In this document: positions 20,223 through 29,319 of the stretch, one piece after another
How the letters are laid out: the number at the start of each line of letters is the position of its first letter
Position numbering within the stretch: position 1 is the first letter of the stretch
IMG/VR virus record: IMGVR_UViG_3300010403_000705
Location: 186,001-250,000 of that record
Length of the DNA stretch: 64,000 nucleotides
Strand: one strand, 5' to 3'
Translations under genes and position numbers: made by a program
The notes under the pieces: model-generated
The model's input: the letters and a program-made list of their open reading frames with translations, nothing else
What the model was told of the DNA's origin: nothing
The model's database searches: none

Positions 20223-21695
20223 ATGCCTTTTAATACAAAAATCACGATATTAAACAACAAAAAATGCCAGATTATTTCGGACGATGTAGCTATGTTAAAA
20301 AAGCTACATCGTCATTTATCATTTAAGATTGCTGGCGCTGAGTATTCCGCAGCTTATCAAAATGGTTGGAGCGGTATTACCTACTTACTAAGTAAAAATG
20401 GAAAATTTGATTTGGGATTATTAGAGAAAGTCAAAATATTTCTAGATAAATCTTTTATTAGTTATTCTATAGAAGATACAAGAAAACCTAAAATTATAAA
20501 CGAAGAATTAGATATTTCTAATAATTTGAAAAAATACGATTTAATTCCAAGAGAACATCAATTACGAATTAAAGAAATTACATCAACTTATGATCGTGGT
20601 ATTATAAGAGCGGCTACTGGAGCAGGTAAGACTTTATGCGCTGCTCTTATAACTGCAAAAATAAATAAGCCTACAATCATTTATGTAATTGGATTAGATT
20701 TGCTGGATCAGTTTTATAAATTATTCAGTAAACTTTTTGATGAGGAAATTGGGTATATTGGTAACGGTGTTTGTAACCCTGCTAGGATTACTATTGCATC
20801 TATTTGGACTATTGGTAGAGCGTTAAATTTAGATAAAAATACTATTACTGATGATGAAATAGAACTGTCAGAAAAAGATATAGATGAAAATAATAGCGCT
20901 AAAATCATCAGTTTATTAAAACAAACTAAGCTACATATTTTTGATGAAAGTCATGTTGTAACAACAAGTACAATCACTGAAATATATAAAAACATAGATC
21001 CAGAATACATTTACGGATTCAGTGGAACTCCATTTAGAGATGATGGTTCTGATTTACAGATTAATGGCATTTTAGGCGAACAAATTATTAATGTACCTGC
21101 TTCGGAATTAATAGAAAAAGGTCTGTTAGCTAAACCTATTATAAAGTTTGTTACAGTACCCAAGATGTTAACCTTAGGTACACAATACTTATCAGTATAC
21201 AAAGATTACATAGTTGAAAATGAAGTGCGTAATGATATTATAATTAATAATATTAAAGACTTGCTAAAAAAGAAATATACTCCACTTGTTTTATTTAAAC
21301 AAATCAAACATGGTAATATCATTTTTGAAAAAATGGTAGCACAAGGTATTAAATGTGGAATGTTGTATGGTAATGATTCTTTAGAAAAAAGGAATGAAGT
21401 AAAATATATGCTTTTATCCAAAGAGATAGAAGTAATATTAGCGAGTACTATTTTTGATTTAGGTTTAGATTTACCAGAATTAAGTGGTTTAGTTTTGTGT
21501 GGTGGTGGCAAAAGTAGTATCAGAGCCTTGCAAAGAATCGGTAGAGTACTACGCATGATTCCAGGCAAAAAAATCGCCGCAGTTGTAGACTTTTATGATC
21601 AAGCTAAGTTTCTTAAAAAACATTCACATATAAGACAGAAAGTATATGAATCTGAGCCGGGATTTAAAATTATTAAATCTAAAGAAATGAAATAA
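20223..21695 (+). CDS. Superfamily 2 helicase (UvsW-like)
   Basis: ATGAGKT, DESH, GFSGTPFRDD, STIFDLGLDLPEL, QRIGRVLR. Confidence 0.9.
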   Translation: MPFNTKITILNNKKCQIISDDVAMLKKLHRHLSFKIAGAEYSAAYQNGWSGITYLLSKNGKFDLGLLEKVKIFLDKSFISYSIEDTRKPKIINEELDISNNLKKYDLIPREHQLRIKEITSTYDRGIIRAATGAGKTLCAALITAKINKPTIIYVIGLDLLDQFYKLFSKLFDEEIGYIGNGVCNPARITIASIWTIGRALNLDKNTITDDEIELSEKDIDENNSAKIISLLKQTKLHIFDESHVVTTSTITEIYKNIDPEYIYGFSGTPFRDDGSDLQINGILGEQIINVPASELIEKGLLAKPIIKFVTVPKMLTLGTQYLSVYKDYIVENEVRNDIIINNIKDLLKKKYTPLVLFKQIKHGNIIFEKMVAQGIKCGMLYGNDSLEKRNEVKYMLLSKEIEVILASTIFDLGLDLPELSGLVLCGGGKSSIRALQRIGRVLRMIPGKKIAAVVDFYDQAKFLKKHSHIRQKVYESEPGFKIIKSKEMK

Positions 21696-21697
21696 AT

Positions 21698-21726
21698 TTG
21701 ACATAGTTAATGTACATGATTATACT
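21698..21726 (+). promoter_or_regulatory. Sigma70-type promoter
   Basis: TTGACA (21698-21703), 17 nt, TATACT (21721-21726), upstream of the replication operon. Confidence 0.75.
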
Positions 21727-21750
21727 ATAACATATTTAAGCATTTTAAAA

Positions 21751-22080
21751 ATGAAAAATAAAATTATTAAGACATCATATACTATGGGTGCTAGTGTATT
21801 TATAATTAAAGTGTTTCCAGAACTTGAGATAATACAACTCCCTGATATATATGCTAATTCTTCAGATATAACACATAGATTATATAGTAAAAACATAAAT
21901 TTCTTCTTTCTAACAACATTATCAAAACAAGAATTACAACGAGCTTTCTATTCGTTTAATAGTAATATGTTGGCATTGAAATTTCCTAGTTCTTATTTGA
22001 TTATGCCTCTTAATATGATAGATTTATTAGAAATTCTTAAAGAGATAGAGAGATTAAAAAATTTGAAAGCATTTTGGTAA
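21751..22080 (+). CDS. Hypothetical protein with C-terminal tag (RLKNLKAFW)
   Basis: First ORF after the promoter; tag at the stop. Confidence 0.75.
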   Translation: MKNKIIKTSYTMGASVFIIKVFPELEIIQLPDIYANSSDITHRLYSKNINFFFLTTLSKQELQRAFYSFNSNMLALKFPSSYLIMPLNMIDLLEILKEIERLKNLKAFW

Positions 22081-22084
22081 ATTT

Positions 22085-22690
22085 ATGATTAATAAAAACT
22101 CAGAATTAACGGGCGGAGAATTATATGATCCGCCTAATGAATATTACAGAAATTTCTTTAAAAAATTCGAAGAAATTGAAACATTAGAAGTACATAAATG
22201 GAAGCCTGTTCATATCTTATCTTACTTCTGTAAGAAGTATAAAGATCATTATAATGTTAATTATCAATTCAAGTTTAATACCTCATCGCCATCAAAATGT
22301 TTTGAAATTTTTCAGATAAAAAAATTGGCAATGCATTTAACAGCCAGTCCTGTTTTGTTGAAAGAATATATAGATTGGATATTTATTGATAAAATAATAA
22401 AAGCAAAAAGAAAATTTACATCCATTTCTTTTATAACTAATGAAACAACAGTCAAAGAATATAAATTTAATGTTTTATTATCAGATAAGAAAAATGCTAA
22501 TATTAACAGGTCAACTTTGTTATCCAATGAATATAAAACAGTATTTGCCCAACTAAACTTCCCAGCTAATACATATGGTGATTTGGCTTTTATATCACAA
22601 ATGCCTGATATGCCTATTGAATTAGTTAAAGCATTTACAATGCTAGAAAGCATGGGATTTGATAAAAATATATTAAAAAAAATAGTATGA
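22085..22690 (+). CDS. Hypothetical protein, possibly replication-associated
   Basis: 201 aa, upstream of DnaC/DnaB-like genes; no motif recognised. Confidence 0.6.
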   Translation: MINKNSELTGGELYDPPNEYYRNFFKKFEEIETLEVHKWKPVHILSYFCKKYKDHYNVNYQFKFNTSSPSKCFEIFQIKKLAMHLTASPVLLKEYIDWIFIDKIIKAKRKFTSISFITNETTVKEYKFNVLLSDKKNANINRSTLLSNEYKTVFAQLNFPANTYGDLAFISQMPDMPIELVKAFTMLESMGFDKNILKKIV

Positions 22691-23067
22691 TGTTATTTAA
22701 AGTTGATAAAAAGATGATGGATGATTTTAATGGAATATCACCCAATAAATTGTTAGATATAATAGGGATTCCATGGACTATGATGTCTGCTGAACCCAAC
22801 TCAATTGAAAAGGATATCATTTCAATACTGAAATTTCAATATAACCATCTGATAATAGTAAAGGGAGGACAAATCCAATATGCTAAAACAACATCAATAG
22901 ATTTTAGTAGAGAGATCGAAACAGATAAGTTAGTAGGTTTCTATATCGACAATTATGATTTGAACCAAACGAACTATTTGTGTTGCATTGTTTTATCATA
23001 CATAAATGATTATGACGAATTAATCAAAACAATGATACGACACGCAAATATGAAAGCATTTTTATGA
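22687..23067 (+). CDS. Hypothetical protein with C-terminal tag (RHANMKAFL)
   Basis: ATGA overlaps at both ends. Confidence 0.75.
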   Translation: MMLFKVDKKMMDDFNGISPNKLLDIIGIPWTMMSAEPNSIEKDIISILKFQYNHLIIVKGGQIQYAKTTSIDFSREIETDKLVGFYIDNYDLNQTNYLCCIVLSYINDYDELIKTMIRHANMKAFL

Positions 23068-23336
23068 GAATTATGAAAAATTATTTTAATAATTTGATAA
23101 ATTTAATATTAAAAAATGAGCCTATTGATATTGAAATTAAGCATGTTAAAAAAGCCTTGAAGAGATATAAAAATGAACTAATTGATATAGAAATAAGCTG
23201 GGACAATTCTGATCAAATTTGTTGTATCGATTGCATGTTCCCGGAAAGAGTTGATTTATTAAAAAAGATTGAGCGAGTTGAATTTCAATTAAATCGTTTG
23301 ATTTATAAAAAAAATAAGCGTAAACAAAATCTATGA
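23064..23336 (+). CDS. Hypothetical protein
   Basis: 90 aa, overlapping start/stop with neighbours. Confidence 0.65.
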   Translation: MRIMKNYFNNLINLILKNEPIDIEIKHVKKALKRYKNELIDIEISWDNSDQICCIDCMFPERVDLLKKIERVEFQLNRLIYKKNKRKQNL

Positions 23337-23725
23337 ATCAGTATATAGAGTTGGAAACTTCTAATATTTTTTTGGGAATTGAACATAAAATAGATATGGC
23401 TTTAATTAAAGAAGGATGCCGTATTTTTAATATACCATATATAGGTGGCGGAATATTTTTCGTACCACAAGAAAAATTATCCTCCATTATTGTATCTACA
23501 ATTGATCTACAAATTAAAAATATCTCAAACACTAAAGATGAGATAGATGCTTTTAAGCAACAAATAGAAAAACAACTTTATGGTAGAGATCATCTTATTA
23601 TATATACTAGACTTAATAAGTATCACCCAAGATATGTATATTATAATGCTGTTGCTATCGCCTCTTCCAACGTTAATGACTTCAAAAAAGTAATGAGAAT
23701 TCACAAAATGAAAGCGTTTTTATGA
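23333..23725 (+). CDS. Hypothetical protein with C-terminal tag (RIHKMKAFL)
   Basis: ATGA overlaps at both ends. Confidence 0.75.
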   Translation: MNQYIELETSNIFLGIEHKIDMALIKEGCRIFNIPYIGGGIFFVPQEKLSSIIVSTIDLQIKNISNTKDEIDAFKQQIEKQLYGRDHLIIYTRLNKYHPRYVYYNAVAIASSNVNDFKKVMRIHKMKAFL

Positions 23726-24123
23726 TACCACAAAAAGGACAACATATTAAATGTATAATGCGAAATAACTTGATTATTGATGGAATTGTTGAATCTTGGT
23801 CTGGTGCTCAATCCGTATTACGATCTATAGATAATACTGGATTCTCTATCATTCAACATACCGATCAAGATATAGTAGCAATAAAAATAATTATAAAGGA
23901 TTCGGTAAAAATAAAAAATGAGTTAGAAGAAAAATTTGAAGAAGTCCATCAACTGCCTAGTAGTAATGAATTAAGAATTAAAAATATGGCAGAGTTGAAA
24001 ACTATGATGGCAGAACAAGAAAAACAAATTATTTCAGAAAAAATTAAAAACCATCATATTAAAGATATTAAAAGGGTAATATATGAGCAACCTAGATTTT
24101 TCCAGAAGTCGCGCACTAAATAA
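23722..24123 (+). CDS. Hypothetical protein (Sm-like N-terminus plus coiled coil)
   Basis: GQHIKCIMRNNLIIDGIVESW...IVAIKII followed by a heptad-rich helix. Confidence 0.6.
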   Translation: MIPQKGQHIKCIMRNNLIIDGIVESWSGAQSVLRSIDNTGFSIIQHTDQDIVAIKIIIKDSVKIKNELEEKFEEVHQLPSSNELRIKNMAELKTMMAEQEKQIISEKIKNHHIKDIKRVIYEQPRFFQKSRTK

Positions 24124-24787
24124 CATTCCACAAAAAAAATTGGAAGAGAAATTATCCTCTATTATTGCATCTACGAATGATCTACAAATTAAAAATATAA
24201 AATTAATTGCTATTAATAGGTATGCAGAAAGTAATATTCCAATAGAGTATTGGGATTTGAAAATGGAAAAAGATTTTCATGGTGATTTGAGATTATTAAA
24301 TAAGTATAAAGAATATATAAATGACTTAAAAAAATCTTATATTGAAGGAGTTTCCATTTGTTTTGCTGGTGCACATGGACTGGGCAAAACAATGACTGTT
24401 TCTTGTATTTTAAAAAAAGCCTGTAATAAAAATTTTAGTTGTTTATACACCACCCTAAGTGATATTGTAACTGTATTAACTCAATCTTCTGGAGAAGACA
24501 AATATTTATCCAAGAGAGAATTATCTTTAGTTGATTTTTTGGTAATTGATGAATTTGATTCTAGGTTTATGTCTTCTGACAATGCGGCTGATCTATATGC
24601 TAGAAGTTTAGAGGGAGTATTTAGAACACGAAGTCAAAACAAGTTACCTACATTAATGTGTACTAATAGTCCTAATATCATAGAGTCTTTTAATGGATCA
24701 TTAAAGGTATCTCTTGATAGTTTGATGAAAGGTTATTTAAAGACTTTTCCCGTGTTTGGAGAGGATTTTAGAAAGAAAAAAATATGA
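24083..24787 (+). CDS. DnaC/IstB-like AAA+ helicase loader
   Basis: Walker A GAHGLGKT, Walker B FLVIDE, TLMCTN; immediately before DnaB. Confidence 0.85.
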   Translation: MSNLDFSRSRALNNIPQKKLEEKLSSIIASTNDLQIKNIKLIAINRYAESNIPIEYWDLKMEKDFHGDLRLLNKYKEYINDLKKSYIEGVSICFAGAHGLGKTMTVSCILKKACNKNFSCLYTTLSDIVTVLTQSSGEDKYLSKRELSLVDFLVIDEFDSRFMSSDNAADLYARSLEGVFRTRSQNKLPTLMCTNSPNIIESFNGSLKVSLDSLMKGYLKTFPVFGEDFRKKKI

Positions 24788-26196
24788 GTTATAATTTAGA
24801 TTTAGTTATATTGAAAACTTTAATTAGCAATAAAAAATATGCTTTAGATTTTGCTAATGAATGTGATACTAAATTATTTGCACCAGAAGTATGGAATTTT
24901 GCCAACATAGTTGTTGGCTATGTTAGAACTTATAAAGATATTCCAACTATAAGAGTTATAGTTGAAAAATTAAATAAAGGTAATAATGATAAGTTAATTG
25001 AAAGCATTAATAAAACTTGGGAACAACTAGATGGTATCGAATACAACGACAAAGAATATAAACATGACTTAGAAAAAATAAAGAAAAGATTTGCAGAAAA
25101 GCAAATTACATCGATAAAAGAAAAATTATCTTGTATAGAGTCTGGGTCCGACATTGATGTTAATAAAACTGTAATTGAACTACAAAAAACAGTTCAATCT
25201 ATTAAAAGTTTAAATCAAACCAAAGCTTACGAAAGGAAAACTTTAAAAGAAGCCGTTCCAATTTTTAGGGATGAATATAATGCAAAAATGGATGATCCTC
25301 ATTTTGATAGGGGTGTCAAAACTGGTTACTCATATTTTGACAATGTAACTGATGGTTTAAGACCTGGAGAATTAATTCTTATTGGAGGTGAATCTGGTGG
25401 CGGTAAGTCTATGTTGCTAATGAACATGGCAGTTCAGTTGTGGATGCAAGAGAATTCTATCTATACGGAAGAAAACCAATTTACCTCTGGACATGGTGTA
25501 TTGTATTTTTCATTAGAAATGCCATTCAAACCGTGCTTGAATCGTGTTTTATCTAGGATGTCTAATACTCCATCTAAATTAATTAGAAACGCTAAACTAA
25601 ATCCAGAAGAAGCTATTAAATTAAAAAAAGCATTAAAATTTATCACTAAGTATCCTCACCAATTTGAAATAGTAGATATTCCTAGAGGTGCTACTATGGA
25701 AAGTTTAGAATTGATATATGAGGATGCCAAAGCTAATTATGATCCCAAGATTGTAGTAATTGATTATCTCGGATTGATGGATTATTCTGGCTCAGAAATG
25801 GACGATTGGTTAAAACTTGGTAAGATAGCAGAAAGGATTCATGAATTTGCTAGGGTGCATAATCTTATTGTTTTAAGTGCTGTTCAGTTAAACCGTTCTA
25901 AAGGTGGAAAAGAGATAGAAGATAAAATTGGACTGCATAGAATTGGTCGATCAGCCTTGATAATGCAAAATGCAAACATTGCCATCCAAATAGAAACTCG
26001 AGGCAATGAAAAGCAGTATCCGGATATGTATTATCATCTAATCAAAAATCGAGACGGTGAATTAGGCAAAGGAAAATTAATAAAAAATTTAGCATGCGGC
26101 ACATTACTAGATGATAAAATTGAAGAGGATAATACAGAATTTTACGATAGAGATCCAGATGATATTTCAGAAAAATTAGATTTATTAGATATATAA
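24784..26196 (+). CDS. dnaB: DnaB-like replicative helicase
   Basis: GVKTGYSYFD, GLRPGELILIGGESGGGKS, YFSLEM, VVIDYLGLM, AVQLNR, IKNRDG. Confidence 0.92.
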   Translation: MSYNLDLVILKTLISNKKYALDFANECDTKLFAPEVWNFANIVVGYVRTYKDIPTIRVIVEKLNKGNNDKLIESINKTWEQLDGIEYNDKEYKHDLEKIKKRFAEKQITSIKEKLSCIESGSDIDVNKTVIELQKTVQSIKSLNQTKAYERKTLKEAVPIFRDEYNAKMDDPHFDRGVKTGYSYFDNVTDGLRPGELILIGGESGGGKSMLLMNMAVQLWMQENSIYTEENQFTSGHGVLYFSLEMPFKPCLNRVLSRMSNTPSKLIRNAKLNPEEAIKLKKALKFITKYPHQFEIVDIPRGATMESLELIYEDAKANYDPKIVVIDYLGLMDYSGSEMDDWLKLGKIAERIHEFARVHNLIVLSAVQLNRSKGGKEIEDKIGLHRIGRSALIMQNANIAIQIETRGNEKQYPDMYYHLIKNRDGELGKGKLIKNLACGTLLDDKIEEDNTEFYDRDPDDISEKLDLLDI

Positions 26197-26229
26197 AAAT
26201 TACCAAATTAAAAACATATTGGCAAAAAT

Positions 26230-26421
26230 ATGAAATCAGATGAAGAAGTTATTGCTGAAGCAAGCAGAATAGAATACGAAGAAAAAACTGGTAAGTTGTT
26301 TATTGTTTTTGAGGTGATTAATGAAAAATTAAAACAAGACATCAAAAAAAATTGGACAAAAGATATTGAATATAAAATAATAGACAAATGTTTAGTTTTA
26401 AATTTAAATGAAGATGAATGA
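26230..26421 (+). CDS. Hypothetical protein
   Basis: 63-aa ORF in operon. Confidence 0.6.
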   Translation: MKSDEEVIAEASRIEYEEKTGKLFIVFEVINEKLKQDIKKNWTKDIEYKIIDKCLVLNLNEDE

Positions 26422-26758
26422 AAACATATTTGACAATATTAAAGCAATTTGCGCTAATTATCCTAATATTTCTCTATCCATTCAAGATTGGTGCTCTATA
26501 ATGAAAGATAAAAATTCTCTTTGGAAAATGGTAGATATAGTAACAACCAAAGATCTTCTAATGAATGGAAACTATGGTATTTTATTTGGATGTAGAATAA
26601 TTGTTAGCAGGGTTATTCCAGAGGGAAATTTTAGAGTATCAATGAAAATAGATCCTATTAATCCAAGCAAGAAATTAGAAGATTGGTCTCCACAAATGAA
26701 TCTAAAAATCAATTTACATGATATAGAAAGATATCTAAAATTAGTAGCATTTTGGTGA
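26408..26758 (+). CDS. Hypothetical protein with C-terminal tag (RYLKLVAFW)
   Basis: Tag at the stop. Confidence 0.7.
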   Translation: MKMNENIFDNIKAICANYPNISLSIQDWCSIMKDKNSLWKMVDIVTTKDLLMNGNYGILFGCRIIVSRVIPEGNFRVSMKIDPINPSKKLEDWSPQMNLKINLHDIERYLKLVAFW

Positions 26759-26761
26759 AAA

Positions 26762-26950
26762 ATGAATACGACTGTCAATGAATTACCACATTTTATAAAT
26801 GATAAGTTACATAGGCAAGATGGTCCAGCTCTAGTAAATTATCTTTGTCGCAAGGGAGTAAATTATTGGTTTTTTAATGGACTGATAATACCAAACTGTT
26901 CAACACAGGAATATTTTAATAAAGCAATTAAGTTATTAGTTTTCTTGTAA
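26762..26950 (+). CDS. Single LHRxDGPA-repeat protein with C-terminal tag (KAIKLLVFL)
   Basis: DKLHRQDGPALV...YWFFNG, a repeat unit common in large phages and giant viruses. Confidence 0.7.
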   Translation: MNTTVNELPHFINDKLHRQDGPALVNYLCRKGVNYWFFNGLIIPNCSTQEYFNKAIKLLVFL

Positions 26951-26997
26951 AATAACTTAATTAATACCACAAATAAATTTAACAATAAGGGAAAACA

Positions 26998-27315
26998 ATG
27001 CCTACATATTTATATAAATGTCCGATCCATAATGAATTTGAAGAAGAACACTCAATAAAAATTAAACTAGATTTTTGTCCTAAGTGCAAAGAAGAAGGTA
27101 AGGATGAGATTAAAATCGAAAGATTAATTAATTGTATGACAATAGGAGTAGTAGAACTTACAGGACAAGATTTAGTAAATAAAATTAAACAAGACGCCAA
27201 AAATTTGAAAGAAGATGCATCAAAAAACGAGAAGATTTATGCTAATCTGTTAGGAGAGGACAAATATCAAAATCTTCAATCGCAAATGGATCGAAGGAAG
27301 TATAACCGTAAATAA
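26998..27315 (+). CDS. FmdB-family zinc-ribbon protein
   Basis: MPTYLYKCPIHNEFE...CPKC...IERLI; AAGGGA upstream. Confidence 0.8.
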   Translation: MPTYLYKCPIHNEFEEEHSIKIKLDFCPKCKEEGKDEIKIERLINCMTIGVVELTGQDLVNKIKQDAKNLKEDASKNEKIYANLLGEDKYQNLQSQMDRRKYNRK

Positions 27316-27445
27316 CTATTGTAAAAAATATATATTTTTTACTTCTATAAAACAAAAAAAATCTGGCAATTGACATTCCAAAAAAAGAATTTAACTTATC
27401 TCTACAGTAGTTAATATCTTAATAAAAATTTTGGAGATGCTTATT

Positions 27446-27634
27446 ATGCCCACATACTTATATAAATGTGAAAAACATAGTGAATTTGAATATGAACATT
27501 CAATAAAAGAAAAAATAGAATTTTGCCCTAAATGTAAAGAAGAAGGGCAAACAAAGGAAGTAACTAGATTAATTTGCCCTGGTATTGGATTTATTTTAAG
27601 TGGTTCGGGTTGGGCTAAGGATAATTATAGTTAA
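27446..27634 (+). CDS. FmdB-family zinc-ribbon protein (paralog)
   Basis: MPTYLYKCEKHSEFE...CPKC...VTRLI...GFILSGSGW; GGAG upstream. Confidence 0.85.
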   Translation: MPTYLYKCEKHSEFEYEHSIKEKIEFCPKCKEEGQTKEVTRLICPGIGFILSGSGWAKDNYS

Positions 27635-27693
27635 ACTAACTGTATCAATAATTAAGTATAACAATACTTCCATTTCATAGCGAGAATTTACTA

Positions 27694-28314
27694 ATGTTAA
27701 CAGAACAAGAAGCGCAAGATTTGATGATTAAATTAATTGATCTTAGATCAAAATCCGATAATCCAAACAATTTAAATGAATTAAAAAAACATGAACAGGT
27801 TTGTATTGAAAAGTTTAAATATCTAGTGACAATGAAAACTGGTCGATATAAAGCTTTTAGTAATTATGATGATTTAAATCAAGAAGGTTTTGAGGCTTTA
27901 ATTAAGGCTATGAATAATTATAACCCTAAGAGAGGCTCTTTTTTTTGGTGGGCACATAAATATATCGACACGCGAATTTCTAGAAGTGCTAATTTACATA
28001 CTACCATTAGATATCCTTTAAAGGTTGCAAAAAATAACACGCCACATAAAGAGACAATAATGCCAACTCTAATTGAAGAAAGACATTGCCCAGATAAAGA
28101 ATTGGAAAATTCTCAATTAGATCATGCAATACAGGGTGTGTTTACACTATTAACCACTGAACAAAAACAAGTAATTAATTTAGCATATGGTTTTGATGGA
28201 GATAAACCAATGTCTATCAATAAGATATGTAAAAAATTAAACATGTCTCGATTAAACTGTATTAAAACTATTAACAATGCTCTTTCATTAATGAAAGAGA
28301 ATATTAAAATATAA
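27694..28314 (+). CDS. Sigma70-family RNA polymerase sigma factor
   Basis: Region 2 DDLNQEGFEALIKAMNNYNPKRGSFFWWAHKYI; region 4 LTTEQKQVINLAYG...MSINKICKKLNMSR. Confidence 0.85.
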   Translation: MLTEQEAQDLMIKLIDLRSKSDNPNNLNELKKHEQVCIEKFKYLVTMKTGRYKAFSNYDDLNQEGFEALIKAMNNYNPKRGSFFWWAHKYIDTRISRSANLHTTIRYPLKVAKNNTPHKETIMPTLIEERHCPDKELENSQLDHAIQGVFTLLTTEQKQVINLAYGFDGDKPMSINKICKKLNMSRLNCIKTINNALSLMKENIKI

Positions 28315-28344
28315 TAATTACAAATAAGGTTTTCGTAGGTTAAT

Positions 28345-29319
28345 ATGAGTTTATTTACGCCGAGACCCACTTATGCACCTTTTGAGTATCCGAAGGCTTA
28401 TAATTACTGGGAACTACAACAGCAATCCCACTGGTTGCATACAGAAATTTCCATGGCATCAGATATCAATGATTGGAAATTGAATCTTAATGAAACTGAA
28501 AAAAATGTTATTGGGCATATCTTAAAAGGTTTTACACAATCTGAAGTTTTTATACAAGAGTATTGGGGGCAAATGGTTGGGAAGTGGTTTAAGAAGCCAG
28601 AAATTCAGATGATGGCAGCCACCTTTTCTGCTTTTGAATCTATACATGCAGTATCTTACGCATACCTCAACCAATCTCTAGGATTAGAAGATTTTGATTC
28701 ATTTCTTCATGAACCTACAGCAAAAGCAAAAATTGATAGATTAATTAATACAAAAGGTAAATCGAAAGAAGAAATTGCTAAGAGTTTAGCAATATTTTCT
28801 GCTTTTAATGAAGGAGTAAATCTTTTTTCTTCATTTGCGGTGTTATTGAATTTTTCTAGATTCAACAAATTAAAAGGGGTTGGGCAAATAATAGCTTTTT
28901 CTATCAAAGATGAATCTTTACATTCTGAAGCAGGTTGCTGGTTATTTAGAGTTCTAGTGGAAGAGTTTCCAGAAATTTTTAATGATATTTTAAAAAAAGA
29001 AATTTATGATGCCGCTCGATTAACAGTTGAGCTTGAAGATAATTTTATCAATAAAGCTTTTGAACTAGGACCAATAGAAGGTATTGACTCTCATGATTTA
29101 AAGACTTTTATTAGATTTAGAGCAAATACTAAGTTAAATGATTTAGGTTTGAAAAAAATCTGGAAGAATTTAGATAAACAAGCACTCGAAAGAATGTCAT
29201 GGTTTGACATTATGAGTGCGGGTGTTTCACACGCAGACTTTTTTGCATCGAGAGTTTCTGATTATGCTAAAGGTGCAATAGACTTTTCTAATATTTGGGA
29301 TGACAATACCGATGAGTAA
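28345..29319 (+). CDS. nrdB: Ribonucleotide reductase class Ia beta subunit
   Basis: ESIHAVSY (ExxH plus radical Tyr), EGVNLFSSF, DESLH (ExxH), DFFASRV. Confidence 0.93.
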   Translation: MSLFTPRPTYAPFEYPKAYNYWELQQQSHWLHTEISMASDINDWKLNLNETEKNVIGHILKGFTQSEVFIQEYWGQMVGKWFKKPEIQMMAATFSAFESIHAVSYAYLNQSLGLEDFDSFLHEPTAKAKIDRLINTKGKSKEEIAKSLAIFSAFNEGVNLFSSFAVLLNFSRFNKLKGVGQIIAFSIKDESLHSEAGCWLFRVLVEEFPEIFNDILKKEIYDAARLTVELEDNFINKAFELGPIEGIDSHDLKTFIRFRANTKLNDLGLKKIWKNLDKQALERMSWFDIMSAGVSHADFFASRVSDYAKGAIDFSNIWDDNTDE

